Shown here: one piece after another, positions 39,046 to 49,310 of the stretch
Numbering within the stretch: position 1 is the stretch's first letter
Layout of the letters: each line of letters starts with the position of its first letter
From: Candidatus Multivoradales bacterium
GTDB taxonomy: Bacteria > Acidobacteriota > Thermoanaerobaculia > Multivoradales > J023
Direction: 5' to 3'
Assembly (NCBI GenBank): GCA_965248925.1
Contig: CBDFLE010000006.1
Location: 3,040,001-3,104,000 of the forward strand
Length of the DNA: 64,000 nucleotides
The notes under the pieces: generated by a model
What the model saw: the letters and a program-made list of their open reading frames with translations, nothing else
What the model was told of the DNA's origin: nothing
The model's database searches: none
Translations under genes and position numbers: made by a program

Positions 39046-40287
39046 ATGGCCAAGACAGATCCCTATCTGGTGGCGATTGACATTGGCTCGGCGAAGGTCG
39101 GTGTGTTGATCGGCCAGCGTGATGAGCACGGCAAGCTGGAGGTCGTCGGTAAGGGCGAGGCCCCCAACCGCGGTACCCGCAAGGGCAACATCGTCAATGT
39201 CGAGCAGACCGTCGAGGCGTTGCGGCAAGCCAGCGAAGAAGCCGAGGTGATGGCGGGCTACGAGATTTCCCGCGCCTATGTCGGGGCGGCGGGCACCGAC
39301 GTTCGCTCGGTCAACTCCCGGGCGATGGTGTCGGTGGCGCGGAAAGACCGCGAGATCACCCGGCAGGATATCCAGCGGGTGGTCGACGCCGCCCGGTCTG
39401 AAGCTTCTCTGCCTTCGGACCGCGAGGTGCTGCACGCCATCCCGCAGGAATTCATGGTCGATTCCCAAGGCGGCATCAGCGAGCCCTTGGGCATGCTAGG
39501 CAGCCGGCTGGAGGTAACCTTGCATCTGGTGACCGGCAACATCACCCGCACCAAGACCCTGCAAACCTGCGTCAACCGCGCCGGTATCGAGGTGGTCGAA
39601 GTGGTGTTCGAGCCCTTGGCGACCGCCGAAGCGGTGCTGTCGAACGATGAACGCGAGCTCGGGGTGCTGCTGATCGACATCGGCTGTGGCAGCTCCGAGT
39701 ACGTTTTGTTGGCCGACGGTCAAGTGCTGCACAGCGCGGTTTTACCGATCGGTGCCAGTCACTTCACCAGCGACTTGGCGATGGTGCTGCGCACTCCCTT
39801 TGCCGAGGCGGAGCTGATCAAAGTGCGTCATGGCTGCTGCATGGAGAGCCTGAGCGAAGACGGTGAGGGCGTCTCAGTGCCAGCGGTGGCCGGGGGCAGC
39901 ACCCGGGTGGTGCCCAAGCGCGAGTTGTGCGAGATCCTTGAGCCGCGGGCCGACGAGTTGCTCGGTCTGATCCGTGACGACTTGGCGAAGCAGGGTTGCG
40001 AAGACAACCTGCGTGGTGGGGTGGTGTTGACCGGTGGCGGAGCACAGCTCGACGGCTTGCTGGAACTGACCCAGCAGACCTTCTCGGCCGGTACTCGCTA
40101 CGGTACGCCGCTGGGCCTCGGTGGCCTGGTCGACGTGATCAGCGAACCCACCTGGTGTACAGCCTCGGGTCTGCTGCGTTACGGTCTGGCGGTCGAGCGC
40201 GCCGCTGGCGGCGCACGCCGCCGCAACCCCCTTTCCATGCGCGGTCTGATGGGCACCTTACGCGGTGTCTTTGCGGATCTGCTGTAA
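39046..40287 (+). CDS. ftsA: Cell division protein FtsA
   Basis: IDIGSAK, DIGCG, GGVVLTGGGAQL and amphipathic C-terminal helix. Confidence 0.96.
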   Translation: MAKTDPYLVAIDIGSAKVGVLIGQRDEHGKLEVVGKGEAPNRGTRKGNIVNVEQTVEALRQASEEAEVMAGYEISRAYVGAAGTDVRSVNSRAMVSVARKDREITRQDIQRVVDAARSEASLPSDREVLHAIPQEFMVDSQGGISEPLGMLGSRLEVTLHLVTGNITRTKTLQTCVNRAGIEVVEVVFEPLATAEAVLSNDERELGVLLIDIGCGSSEYVLLADGQVLHSAVLPIGASHFTSDLAMVLRTPFAEAELIKVRHGCCMESLSEDGEGVSVPAVAGGSTRVVPKRELCEILEPRADELLGLIRDDLAKQGCEDNLRGGVVLTGGGAQLDGLLELTQQTFSAGTRYGTPLGLGGLVDVISEPTWCTASGLLRYGLAVERAAGGARRRNPLSMRGLMGTLRGVFADLL

Positions 40288-40347
40288 GAGAATGAACGAG
40301 AATCTGATAGAGATCGCTAGCGAACCACAGCCTGAAAGGAAAAAGAC

Positions 40348-41646
40348 ATGATCCTCTTTGACGACGACCGCCCGGAGCAGACCGACCTGCCCATCACGCT
40401 GAGCGATCCTGACTCTCTGCCGGCGCGGATCAAGGTCGTTGGTGTCGGCGGCGGTGGTGGCAATGCGGTCGACCGCATGATCGCCGCCGAGATGCGTGGC
40501 ATCGAATTCATCAGCGCCAACACCGACCTGCAGGCGCTGCGTCGGTCGGCGGCCGCCACCAAGCTCCAGCTGGGTACCAGCCTCACCCGGGGGCTTGGTG
40601 CCGGTGGCGATCCAGAAGTCGGCCGCAAGTCGGCATTGGAGGATACCGAGCGCATCTTAGAGTTGCTCGACGGTGCCGATATGGTGTTCATCACCGCTGG
40701 CCTAGGCGGTGGCTCGGGCTCTGGCGCGGCGCCGATCATCGCTTCACTGGCGGCCGAGATCGGTGCTCTGACGGTGGCTGTGGTGACCAAACCGTTCGGT
40801 TTTGAGGGACGCCGCCGGATGATGATCGCCGAGCGCGGGGTCGAGGAGCTGCGCAGCTCGGTCGATACTCTGATTACTATTCCCAATGAACGCTTACTGT
40901 CGTTTGTCGACCGCGGCACGCCCCTCGCCGAATCGTTCCTGATCGCCGACGACGTATTGCGCCAAGCAGTGCAGGGGATCAGTGATCTGATCACCGTGCC
41001 GGGTGAGATCAATGTCGACTTCGCCGACGTCAGGTCGATCATGACCGGCATGGGCATGGCATTAATGGGCACCGGTATCGCCAAGGGCGAGAACCGAGCC
41101 TTGGAGGCCGCCCAGCGCGCGATCTCCTCGCCGCTGCTCGAAGAGACCTCGATCGAGGGCGCCAAGGGAGTGCTGCTGAACATTTCCGGCGGTCGCGACC
41201 TAACCTTGCACGAAGTCGCCGAAGCGGCGCGGGTGATCGCCGAGGCGGTCGATCCAGAGGCCAATATCATCTCTGGCATGGTGATCGACGACGAGATGTC
41301 GGACGAGATGAAGGTGACGGTGATCGCCACCGGCTTCGATCGGGTCGCCGAATCCTCGCCCGAGCTGCGCCAGCGGCGTCTGAAGCCAGTGCGGATCGCC
41401 CGCTCGGTGCTGCGGGAAGAAGTCGAGCCGGTACCAGAGCCGGTCCTCCGGCGACCACCGGTGGGGAAGCGCAACGTAGCGGTCGAAGTCGAGCCGGAAA
41501 TGCCAGTGGAAGAACCCCGGCAAGTACCGTTCTTCCGCAAGGTGATAGCCAGCAACCAGCCCGACGATCCAGGTGGCTACGGTCCCAACTGGTCAAATGT
41601 TGACGACTACGATATTCCCACCGTGCTGCGCAAGCAGATGGACTGA
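40348..41646 (+). CDS. ftsZ: Cell division protein FtsZ
   Basis: [36 protein letters not shown] and C-terminal DIPTVLRKQ. Confidence 0.99.
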   Translation: MILFDDDRPEQTDLPITLSDPDSLPARIKVVGVGGGGGNAVDRMIAAEMRGIEFISANTDLQALRRSAAATKLQLGTSLTRGLGAGGDPEVGRKSALEDTERILELLDGADMVFITAGLGGGSGSGAAPIIASLAAEIGALTVAVVTKPFGFEGRRRMMIAERGVEELRSSVDTLITIPNERLLSFVDRGTPLAESFLIADDVLRQAVQGISDLITVPGEINVDFADVRSIMTGMGMALMGTGIAKGENRALEAAQRAISSPLLEETSIEGAKGVLLNISGGRDLTLHEVAEAARVIAEAVDPEANIISGMVIDDEMSDEMKVTVIATGFDRVAESSPELRQRRLKPVRIARSVLREEVEPVPEPVLRRPPVGKRNVAVEVEPEMPVEEPRQVPFFRKVIASNQPDDPGGYGPNWSNVDDYDIPTVLRKQMD

Positions 41647-41924
41647 GCGAGTCACGGCAAGTTTTTTTGGTTGAACCCGGCACGGGCCTGTTTGGCGGGC
41701 TATAATTTCAGGTAGATGGTCAAATCCCCGTGATGTGGATCGGCTATCCAGGTCGGCGATCAGTCGAATTCAAGGGGCCACCGCCAATCAACCGCCGGAA
41801 AAATCACTCCGGCTCGGCGGTTTTGAGAGCAGTCAGTTGGGGTTGCGGCAGCACCGGGGGGTCCGGTGCGGGGTTGGGTGTGCAACGAAAGCTCCTGCAG
41901 CGGAGCTGTCGAGATTTGGGGGCA

Positions 41925-42965
41925 ATGCGCACTGTGGCTACATCTAGGTATAGCGATCTGCTGGCGACCCTGACCGTCGAAGTCGATCAGGTTGTTCGTG
42001 GAACCGTGTCTGACGTGGCAGCTGCGCATGCCCTCTTGCCGAACCTTGAAGATCTTCGCTACAACGCCCCTGAGCCGGTGGCCAAGCTGGCAGTGCGGTT
42101 GGTGAAAGCGGCGCCCAATCTTACCGGTGAAGCGGATGAACGGATATCGCTGGCTGCTGAGGCGATGGGCATTTTTGCCTCGACCAAGCGTCTAATGGGA
42201 AAGATCCGCCCGGCCGGCATCGTGCTGAGAAGAGCTTTGGCGCTGGCAGGTGACCTGCCGGTGCGAGCTAACTTGCTGCAGCGATCGGTTGCGGTGCTGA
42301 TCTTGAGCGGCCGCCTTACCGAGGCGCTCCAGGTTACTGAGACCGCGACTCGCAGCTACCTGAACCAGCGGGACCTAGTCGGCCTCGGCCGGGTATTAGT
42401 TTCTCGCGGCTGTGTGCTGTTCAATCTCGGCCACTTCCGAGAAAGCTCCGCTTGGCATTGCGCGGGTTTGCGGCTGTTGCCGGCTGAGACCCGCATTGAC
42501 CGAGCTTCGGCGCTGCAGATGCTCGGCCTCATCGCCTTTCAAGGAGACGATTTCGCCACCGCCTATCGACTCCAGATACGGGCTCTTCGGATGCTCGATC
42601 CCGACGATGCCTACAACCGAGCACAGGTACGCTGGCTGCTGGCCGCGACGACCTATCGTCGCGGCAGCATGGCACAAACAGAACTTCTTCTGCGTCAAGC
42701 GCGTTCAGCGCTGACTCACCCGTTCGATCGGGCGTTGGTCACTCTCGACCTCATCGAGGTGTTGATCGAGCGAGGCCAGAACATGGAAGCGGTAGCCAAG
42801 GCCAAAGACATGGCTGCCTTACTGCAACCATTCCAGCGCTTGCCGATGGTTGAGGGTGCGATACTGGTGTTTGTTCGTGCGGCATTGGCCGGCGATTTGA
42901 CCGAAGCCCTGGTCAACGCAACTCGTTCCAGATTGCAGCAAGTACAGCATACGTCGGCCCAGTAG
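41925..42965 (+). CDS. Hypothetical TPR/helical-repeat protein
   Basis: Helical repeats (LGRVLVSRGCVLFNLGHFRE; FDRALVTLDLIEVLIERGQ); ATG at 41925 after GGGGG; ORF is open from 41730. Confidence 0.65.
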   Translation: MRTVATSRYSDLLATLTVEVDQVVRGTVSDVAAAHALLPNLEDLRYNAPEPVAKLAVRLVKAAPNLTGEADERISLAAEAMGIFASTKRLMGKIRPAGIVLRRALALAGDLPVRANLLQRSVAVLILSGRLTEALQVTETATRSYLNQRDLVGLGRVLVSRGCVLFNLGHFRESSAWHCAGLRLLPAETRIDRASALQMLGLIAFQGDDFATAYRLQIRALRMLDPDDAYNRAQVRWLLAATTYRRGSMAQTELLLRQARSALTHPFDRALVTLDLIEVLIERGQNMEAVAKAKDMAALLQPFQRLPMVEGAILVFVRAALAGDLTEALVNATRSRLQQVQHTSAQ

Positions 42966-43199
42966 GGACTAGCCCATTGGAATAATCTGGCCGCCAAGGC
43001 TGAACACGGTCTGACTTAGATTCTGATGCATGGCGATACCTCGGACCGGGACGAAGACCGGCTGAATTGCCAATGGCCGCCCGAGACCTCTCTAAGGAAG
43101 CCTAGCAAAGCACTATTGGCAATACCTGGTCCAATGGGCCTGCCAAGGGGCAACTGCTACCGGCAATGGGCAAGAACCGGGTAGAGGAAGGCTATTGCC

Positions 43200-44345
43200 C
43201 TAGCTTTTTTTAGATTCGGCGGAGCGCTGCCCCGCCGCCCACCACAGCACAGCGAAGATCCCCAAGCTAGGACCGAGCAATGTCCGCCGGCTGGGCCAGA
43301 GGTAGAGGCGTTTGGCTTCCACCGGGCTGCGGTACCGGGCCGGGTCGCGTTGCGGTACTTGGACCTCGAGCGCCCGGCGTTGCTCCTCGGAGTACCGATG
43401 GCGACTCGCGTGACGGAAGGAATGCAGATCCAGGAAGGGGGAGAAGTACTTCTCCAGGATGCGGTTGGCTTGCCAGGCCATGTAAGGATCACCGCTGAGC
43501 AGACGCTCATTACGGTGTAGCGCGTGGGCCCCGGCTTCGGTCAGGTAGTAGTCCTCCGGTCCCAGCACTTCGAGACCATCCGGTGGTTGGGCGGCCCATT
43601 GGCGAGTGCGAGTCCGCTGGAGCGTGAGCAGCTGCTGGCGGCTGAAGCGGGAGCGGAAGCGACCGATCTCGGGATCTTCGATCTCTTGTCCCAAGTGCGC
43701 GAGGGCGAAGAAACCACTGACTGCCAGCAGAGCTACCGCGGTACCGCGGAGCAACCACCGGCATGAATTGGGTAGCAAGCTCCAGCGCCAGCGGGCTGGG
43801 GGTTTGACCCCGACTCCGAAGACCAGGCCGGCAATGCCGGCAGCCAGATCCACCCCCACATCGCGGATCTCGCCGATCCGCTGCGGTGCCCACCATTGCA
43901 CGCTCTCTTCGGCAACCGCGGCCAGCAGCGTGCCAATCAGCGGCAGCAGCAGGGTCGATAGATCGCCGCGCTGGCGAAATGCCAGGTAGAGCAGGAAGGC
44001 GATGGTGCCGTACTCCAGGATATGCACCTTCTCGACCACATCGACCCGTAGGTTGCCGGTGGCGAATCCGCGCGCTTGCAGCCAGACCAGCGCGACAGTG
44101 GCCAGCAGCACCAGGTAGCGTGGCCAGCGGTGCTCACGAATACGCAGCATCGCCCAAAGCAACAGCGCAGCGCCCACCCCCAAGAGGGTGAGCGCCAGCA
44201 CCTGCAAGAACAGGCTGGGCATGCTGCGCAGCAGGAGATCGCGAATCTCTCCCATCGCCGGCGCGCTGGCGGTGACAGCCACCGCGATCATCAGGGGGGC
44301 GAGGAGCTGTCGGTGAAGTGGTTTAGAAGCTGGGGGGTCGTGCAT
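43200..44345 (-). CDS. VanZ-like membrane protein with C-terminal soluble domain
   Basis: EKVHILEY, EESVQWWAPQRIGEIRDV and multiple TM segments. Confidence 0.75.
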   Translation of the reverse strand: MHDPPASKPLHRQLLAPLMIAVAVTASAPAMGEIRDLLLRSMPSLFLQVLALTLLGVGAALLLWAMLRIREHRWPRYLVLLATVALVWLQARGFATGNLRVDVVEKVHILEYGTIAFLLYLAFRQRGDLSTLLLPLIGTLLAAVAEESVQWWAPQRIGEIRDVGVDLAAGIAGLVFGVGVKPPARWRWSLLPNSCRWLLRGTAVALLAVSGFFALAHLGQEIEDPEIGRFRSRFSRQQLLTLQRTRTRQWAAQPPDGLEVLGPEDYYLTEAGAHALHRNERLLSGDPYMAWQANRILEKYFSPFLDLHSFRHASRHRYSEEQRRALEVQVPQRDPARYRSPVEAKRLYLWPSRRTLLGPSLGIFAVLWWAAGQRSAESKKS

Positions 44346-44462
44346 CGGCGCTCGCTGGGCCGTCGCGGCTCGATTGCCGCCGACGACCCGATGCTATCCC
44401 GGCTTCGCGGCCACATTCTGGCCAGAATCGGGCAAGGAGAGGGCACCGCCCGGAAACAATCG

Positions 44463-45635
44463 TTAGAGGTCCTCGCTCAGGGTCACCGAGCCCGATCCGG
44501 TGTCGATCTCGGCCCGTACCCGGCCGCTGCCGAGGGTTGCTTCGAGGTAGTCGTCTTCCTTCTTGTCAATTCGCAGACCCCCGATATCGACAAGAATTCT
44601 ACCGCTGCCAGTGTTGACCGTCAGATCGACCTCCGGAAAGGGCGAAGAACGTAAGATCACCTTGCCGGACCCGGTGTCGATCACCAGCCGATCGAGGGCC
44701 GAGAGATCGCCAGCCAAGATCACATGACCGGAGCCGGTATCGGCCACCAAACGGCCGCGGGCTACCACTCCCCGGCCGTCGATGTCGCCGGAGCCGGTAT
44801 CCAGGGCCAGCTGGCCGCTAACGTCCTCCAGTTCGACATCGCCGGAGCCGGTGTCGGCGCTGATCTTGTCTGCCTGGATGTCGCGCAAGCGGATGTCGCC
44901 GGAGCCGGTGTCCGCTGTCACGTCGCCGACTACGCCGTTGATCTCAACATCGCCGGAACCGGTATCGGCCACTACGGTACCGCGGTGGTTCTCAATCTCA
45001 ACATTGCCGGAGCCGGTGTCAGCGCTCAGGCTGCCCTCGCAGTCGCCGGCATGTACTTGGCCGCTGGCCGTGTCAAGCATCAGATCCCCGTGGATCCCCA
45101 GTGCTTGGATGGCGCCAGCGACATTCTCGACCTTGGCACCGACGCCATCCGGCAGCCGCATCACGATATTGACGTACAAGGTCACCGCACCGCGGCCCTG
45201 CTTGCTAGTCACCCGCAGTCGCCGGCCCTGGTAGCGCTGCTCGGAGCCTCCCCACCAGCCCCAGCTGCCAGCACTTTGTCCGTCAGGGTAGTAGTAGGTG
45301 TCGTAGCGATCTACCGGGTAGTCGAGGTGAATCAAGGTCTCACCGCCTCGCCGATCGACTTTCAGCTTGATCAGTCCCGACATCTCGGCATCCTCGCCGA
45401 CTACCTCGGCATCAATGCTGACCTGATCGCCACCGCGTTCGATGCGGATCGAGCCGGCCAGATTCTCTAGCACCACCGTCGCACCAGAGTCTGCGGCGGC
45501 GGTGGCTGACAACTCGCGTCGGTGTTCAGCTGCCAGCGGCGTGGCGACCAGTAGCAGGAGCAGGATAGAAACGAGACTTTGCCGACGCCCAGCGGAGACG
45601 CCTTGGTGTCGCGGATTGTTGCTGTCGATTCTCAT
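44463..45635 (-). CDS. Secreted DUF4097-like beta-repeat (putative adhesin) protein
   Basis: Signal peptide ending PLAA; about 10 (A)DTGSG-type repeats; start uncertain. Confidence 0.8.
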   Translation of the reverse strand: MRIDSNNPRHQGVSAGRRQSLVSILLLLLVATPLAAEHRRELSATAAADSGATVVLENLAGSIRIERGGDQVSIDAEVVGEDAEMSGLIKLKVDRRGGETLIHLDYPVDRYDTYYYPDGQSAGSWGWWGGSEQRYQGRRLRVTSKQGRGAVTLYVNIVMRLPDGVGAKVENVAGAIQALGIHGDLMLDTASGQVHAGDCEGSLSADTGSGNVEIENHRGTVVADTGSGDVEINGVVGDVTADTGSGDIRLRDIQADKISADTGSGDVELEDVSGQLALDTGSGDIDGRGVVARGRLVADTGSGHVILAGDLSALDRLVIDTGSGKVILRSSPFPEVDLTVNTGSGRILVDIGGLRIDKKEDDYLEATLGSGRVRAEIDTGSGSVTLSEDL

Positions 45636-45866
45636 GGGTCGATCTCCCTCGAAGCGGGTTCCAGTTCTGTTGTCGGTCATCTGCTCTGCCCCTCTGCAAA
45701 CAGTAGAGGCGCTTCTGAGATGCCCGCGGTGGCGGTTCGGTTTAGTGGCTCTGCGACTTGCCATTAGGGATTTTTCTTTCCTGCCCCTCATTTGGCAGGT
45801 TTTGCGGTCTACAATGGTAGCTTCCCGATCTGGTTTCGCAGGGACTTGTCCGGTTCCGACTAGGAG

Positions 45867-46997
45867 ATGGTGGTGACGACCTCTCGATCAAGCGACGCGC
45901 TGGGCGGCACCCTCTCGGTGCCGAAGGGGGCGCAGAGTCCGCGTCTCGGCAAGGAAGAACGCCGTGAATTGCTAGCCCGAGTCGAGCGTAGCTCGGCCCG
46001 TGTTTCTCTACGTGCGGATCTTCAGCGCACTCAGCGCGCCCTCGACAGTGGCGACTTGCAAGTTGCTCGGCAGCTGGTCGATGATCTCGAAAAGAGGGAC
46101 GCCCTAGCGGCGGGTTTGCCGTTGTTGCGTGACCGGCTCGAGCGAGCCGAGGCCGAGAATCGCCAGACGACTCGCTGGCGCCAGACCGAGGAACTGCTCA
46201 CCCGCTACATTCAGCAGCGCAAAAGGCCTCTTGCCGAGTTGGCTTGCGATTCGCTTGCCGAGTTGGCGCCCAACCATCCCCGGCTCGACGACTATCGGCG
46301 TTGGATTCGTGACCTCGAGGGTGAAGTGGCGGAGCAGGAGAAGCTCGACGCGGTTCTCAAGCGGGCTCGTGGCGCTCTCGAGAGCGGTCGTCTCGACGAA
46401 GCCCGTCGGCAGTTGAAGGCCTTGCGCAAAGTGGATGTTGACGGTCTGTACAGCGATCCTTTTGCTCGTCAATTGGAGCAGGTGGAAAACGACAAGGCCG
46501 AGCAGCAAGGCATCGAACGCGGCAAGCAGCGGATTGAACGCCAGCTAGAGGCCGGCGAGCTGCTGGCGGCGAGTCGCGAGATCGAAGCGTTGGCGGCGCT
46601 GGCGGTGCCCAAGATCACCCTCGATTTTCTGCGCCAGCGTTTGGCCCAGACCCGGGCTCGGCTCGAGGACCAAGAGCAGCTGGTCGAACTCGAGCGTCGT
46701 TTCCGTGGCCATCTCGAAGCTCGCAATTGGGATGCTGCTCGTGATGTGGCGCACGAAGGGGGGCGGATCTTTCCTCAGAGCCAGCGGCCGCGCGACATGT
46801 TCGACGAGGTCCATCTCCGAGAAGCCGAGGAGCGTCGGGGTCAGTCGTTGCTCCATGGCATCAACACTTTGGAGAAGTTCATTGCCGCGGGTCGACGTAG
46901 TGAAGCCGAGCTGGCCTTGACAGTGCTCGACGGGTTGCAGTTGGACCCATCTCGCCGGGCGAACTATGTCGTGCAGATTGCTCGCTTGCAGCGCTGA
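45867..46997 (+). CDS. Hypothetical alpha-helical/coiled-coil repeat protein
   Basis: 376-aa ORF with AGGAG RBS; recurring ALxxGxLxxA helical pairs; GC3-rich codons. Confidence 0.7.
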   Translation: MVVTTSRSSDALGGTLSVPKGAQSPRLGKEERRELLARVERSSARVSLRADLQRTQRALDSGDLQVARQLVDDLEKRDALAAGLPLLRDRLERAEAENRQTTRWRQTEELLTRYIQQRKRPLAELACDSLAELAPNHPRLDDYRRWIRDLEGEVAEQEKLDAVLKRARGALESGRLDEARRQLKALRKVDVDGLYSDPFARQLEQVENDKAEQQGIERGKQRIERQLEAGELLAASREIEALAALAVPKITLDFLRQRLAQTRARLEDQEQLVELERRFRGHLEARNWDAARDVAHEGGRIFPQSQRPRDMFDEVHLREAEERRGQSLLHGINTLEKFIAAGRRSEAELALTVLDGLQLDPSRRANYVVQIARLQR

Positions 46998-47059
46998 TCT
47001 TGACCGCATCCTCAATTCCCCTTGTCGCGGCGCCACGTCGCACTTATAGTTCGCCGCCG

Positions 47060-49129
47060 ATGGACGCCAGCCAAAAACTCTCAACCTACGCCTACATGAA
47101 GTTAGCGCGGGACCTCGACCTGCGCTTCAGCTTACTGCTCAAGACCGGCCGAGTGGCCAAGTGGTACAGCCAGATCGGCAGCGAGGCAACCACGGTAGCC
47201 GCCGGCTCCGTGCTCGAGCCGGGTGATGCGCTATGCACCCTACATCGGGATCTCGGTGCGATCTTGATGGTCTACTTGGATCCGGCGCGGGCCTTCCCCG
47301 GCTTGGGCTTTGGCCAGGCCGATGGTCTGCGGCCGGATCCCGAGTCGCTGCTCTACCGCTTGTGCTGCCAGCTTTTGGGCCGAGCTGAGGGATTCTCCAA
47401 GGGATTCGAGCGCTCTTTCCATTTTGGCCACCTGGCTGCGGAAGAAGGAATTCTCCATGTTGGCATGATCAGCCACCTTGGGGCGATGATTCCGGTGGCC
47501 GCGGGTTGCGCTTTCGCTCTCGGTCGCCGCGGTCAAGGCCGCTTGGCGTTGAACTTCATCGGCGAGGGTGGCACCTCGACCGGTGATTTTCACGAGGGTC
47601 TCAACATGGCGGCGGTGTGGAAGCTGCCGCTGATTCTGGTGGTGCAGAACAATCGCTTCGCCTTCTCGACGCCGAGCGCGGCGCAATATGCCGCCGAGCG
47701 TCTCAGCGATCGCGGATTGGGCTACGGCATTGCTGCCGAGACCGTCGACGGCAACGACCCCGAGGCAGTGAGGTTGGCAATCGAGCGCGCCGCGGCGCGC
47801 GCTCGGTCGGGTCTGGGGCCGACTTTGATCGAGGCCATGCAGGGCCGTATGCGGGGCCACAGCGAGGGCGACGACTCACTCAAGGTGGTGCCCGAGGACG
47901 AACTCAAGACCTATCTTGATCAAGATCCAGTGGCGGCCTACGCGCGGCTGCTCGAGATCGAGGGAATCTTGACCGCCGAGGTGGCGGAGCGCCTGGATGG
48001 GCGTATTGCCGAGCTTATCGAAGATTCCATCAGCCGCGCTCTCGACTCACCCGAACCGGTGGCGGAAAGCGCTTTGCGGCCAGCGCTGGCTCCACTGCCG
48101 GAGATACAGCCGCAGACTCCGCCGGAGCTACCGCCAGTAGCACCTCCAGTGGCCGAGGGGCCACCAGAGACCTACGTCGAGGGCATCCACCAGGCGCTCA
48201 TGGAGGAGATGGAGCGAGATGAATCGGTAGTGCTGATGGGTCAGGACATCGGAGTTTTCGAAGGGGCCTTCCGCGTTACTCGCGGCTTGCACGCGCGCTG
48301 GCCTGAGCGGGTGCTCGACACGCCGATCGCCGAGAGCGGTACCTTGGGGATTGCCGCCGGTGCGGCGCTACTGGGATTTCGGCCGGTGATCGAGATGCAA
48401 TTTGCCGATTTCATCTCCTGCGGCTTCAACCAGCTGGTCAATGTGATCGCCAAGCTCTATTACCGTTGGCAAGTGTCGGTGCCGTTGGTAGTACGGCTGC
48501 CGTCGGGTGGCGGGGTGGGCGCAGGGCCGTTTCACTCGCAGAATCCAGAAGCCTGGTTTGCCCACACCGCGGGACTCAAAGTGGTCTGTCCGGCCACTGC
48601 CGAAGATGCCAAGCTGCTGCTCAAGGCGGCGATTCGCGATCCCAACCCGGTGGTCTTCTGCGAGCACAAATACCTCTACCGGCGGATCAAGGCGGCCCTG
48701 CCCGATAGCGGTGAAGTGGCTGAGATCGGCCGCGCCCGAGTGCTGCGCGAAGGCCGCAACCTGTCGTTGGTGGCCTACGGTGCCAGCACCTGGACTTGTC
48801 TAGAAGTAGCCGAGCTGCTGGCTGAGGAGGGGGTTGAGGTCGAGGTGCTTGATCTGCGCACCCTGGTGCCCCTGGACGAGCAGGCGATCATTGCCTCGGC
48901 GCGGCGTTGCTCGCGGGCTTTGGTGGTTCACGAGGCTCAAGGAACTGGCGGTTTCGGTGGCGAGGTGGCGGCGCGGATCGCCGATCTGGCCTTTCAATGG
49001 CTCGATGCTCCGGTGCGCCGAGTGGCCTACCCGGATCGGCCGGTGCCCTACTTCAAGAGCCTCGAGCAAGCCCTCCTCCCAGGTCGCGACAAGGTTCTGG
49101 CCGCGGCCCGGGAATTGTTGGCCTACTAG
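47060..49129 (+). CDS. 2-oxoacid dehydrogenase E1, fused alpha/beta (branched-chain-like)
   Basis: TPP motif GEGGTSTGDFHE...NN, RMRGHSEGD, DTPIAE, EMQFADF, GPFHSQ and EVLDLRTL. Confidence 0.92.
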   Translation: MDASQKLSTYAYMKLARDLDLRFSLLLKTGRVAKWYSQIGSEATTVAAGSVLEPGDALCTLHRDLGAILMVYLDPARAFPGLGFGQADGLRPDPESLLYRLCCQLLGRAEGFSKGFERSFHFGHLAAEEGILHVGMISHLGAMIPVAAGCAFALGRRGQGRLALNFIGEGGTSTGDFHEGLNMAAVWKLPLILVVQNNRFAFSTPSAAQYAAERLSDRGLGYGIAAETVDGNDPEAVRLAIERAAARARSGLGPTLIEAMQGRMRGHSEGDDSLKVVPEDELKTYLDQDPVAAYARLLEIEGILTAEVAERLDGRIAELIEDSISRALDSPEPVAESALRPALAPLPEIQPQTPPELPPVAPPVAEGPPETYVEGIHQALMEEMERDESVVLMGQDIGVFEGAFRVTRGLHARWPERVLDTPIAESGTLGIAAGAALLGFRPVIEMQFADFISCGFNQLVNVIAKLYYRWQVSVPLVVRLPSGGGVGAGPFHSQNPEAWFAHTAGLKVVCPATAEDAKLLLKAAIRDPNPVVFCEHKYLYRRIKAALPDSGEVAEIGRARVLREGRNLSLVAYGASTWTCLEVAELLAEEGVEVEVLDLRTLVPLDEQAIIASARRCSRALVVHEAQGTGGFGGEVAARIADLAFQWLDAPVRRVAYPDRPVPYFKSLEQALLPGRDKVLAAARELLAY

Positions 49130-49255
49130 GTGGTAGGAGACGGGTTCTCTCCCTCGCGAGGAACATCATGGTTTGGCGAGGGTCTTTTTCCCTCGCGGTG
49201 GTCCGGTCGGCGGTGGAGTGCGGGTCTTGGGCTGTTGGCGACTACTCGCGCGGTC

Positions 49256-49310
49256 GCGAGGGATTGAAATCCCTCGCTCAGGGATAACGTCCGCCCGGGG
49301 AGGGCGGACG
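49256..49310. repeat. Tandem REP-like hairpins in a convergent intergenic region
   Basis: GCGAGGGAT-TGAA-ATCCCTCGC (49256-49277) and CGTCCGCCC-GGGGA-GGGCGGACG (49288-49310). Confidence 0.65.

Noticed and set aside
40317-41555. 412-aa ORF antisense to ftsZ (similar shadow ORFs at 5891-7039, 17442-18407, 59150-59977 and 61950-63356)
   Set aside because: These are stop-poor alternative frames typical of high-GC coding DNA, have no recognisable motifs, and overlap well-supported genes.
43027-43185. 52-codon ORF (MHGDTSDRDEDRLNC...) downstream of the TPR gene
   Set aside because: No RBS, atypical codon usage and no recognisable features.
44660-45080. Regularly spaced GCCGGAGCCGGTGTC-like repeats resembling a CRISPR array
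   Set aside because: The repeats are short, vary at synonymous positions and encode the DTGSG units of the DUF4097-like protein on the minus strand; no cas genes or leader are present.
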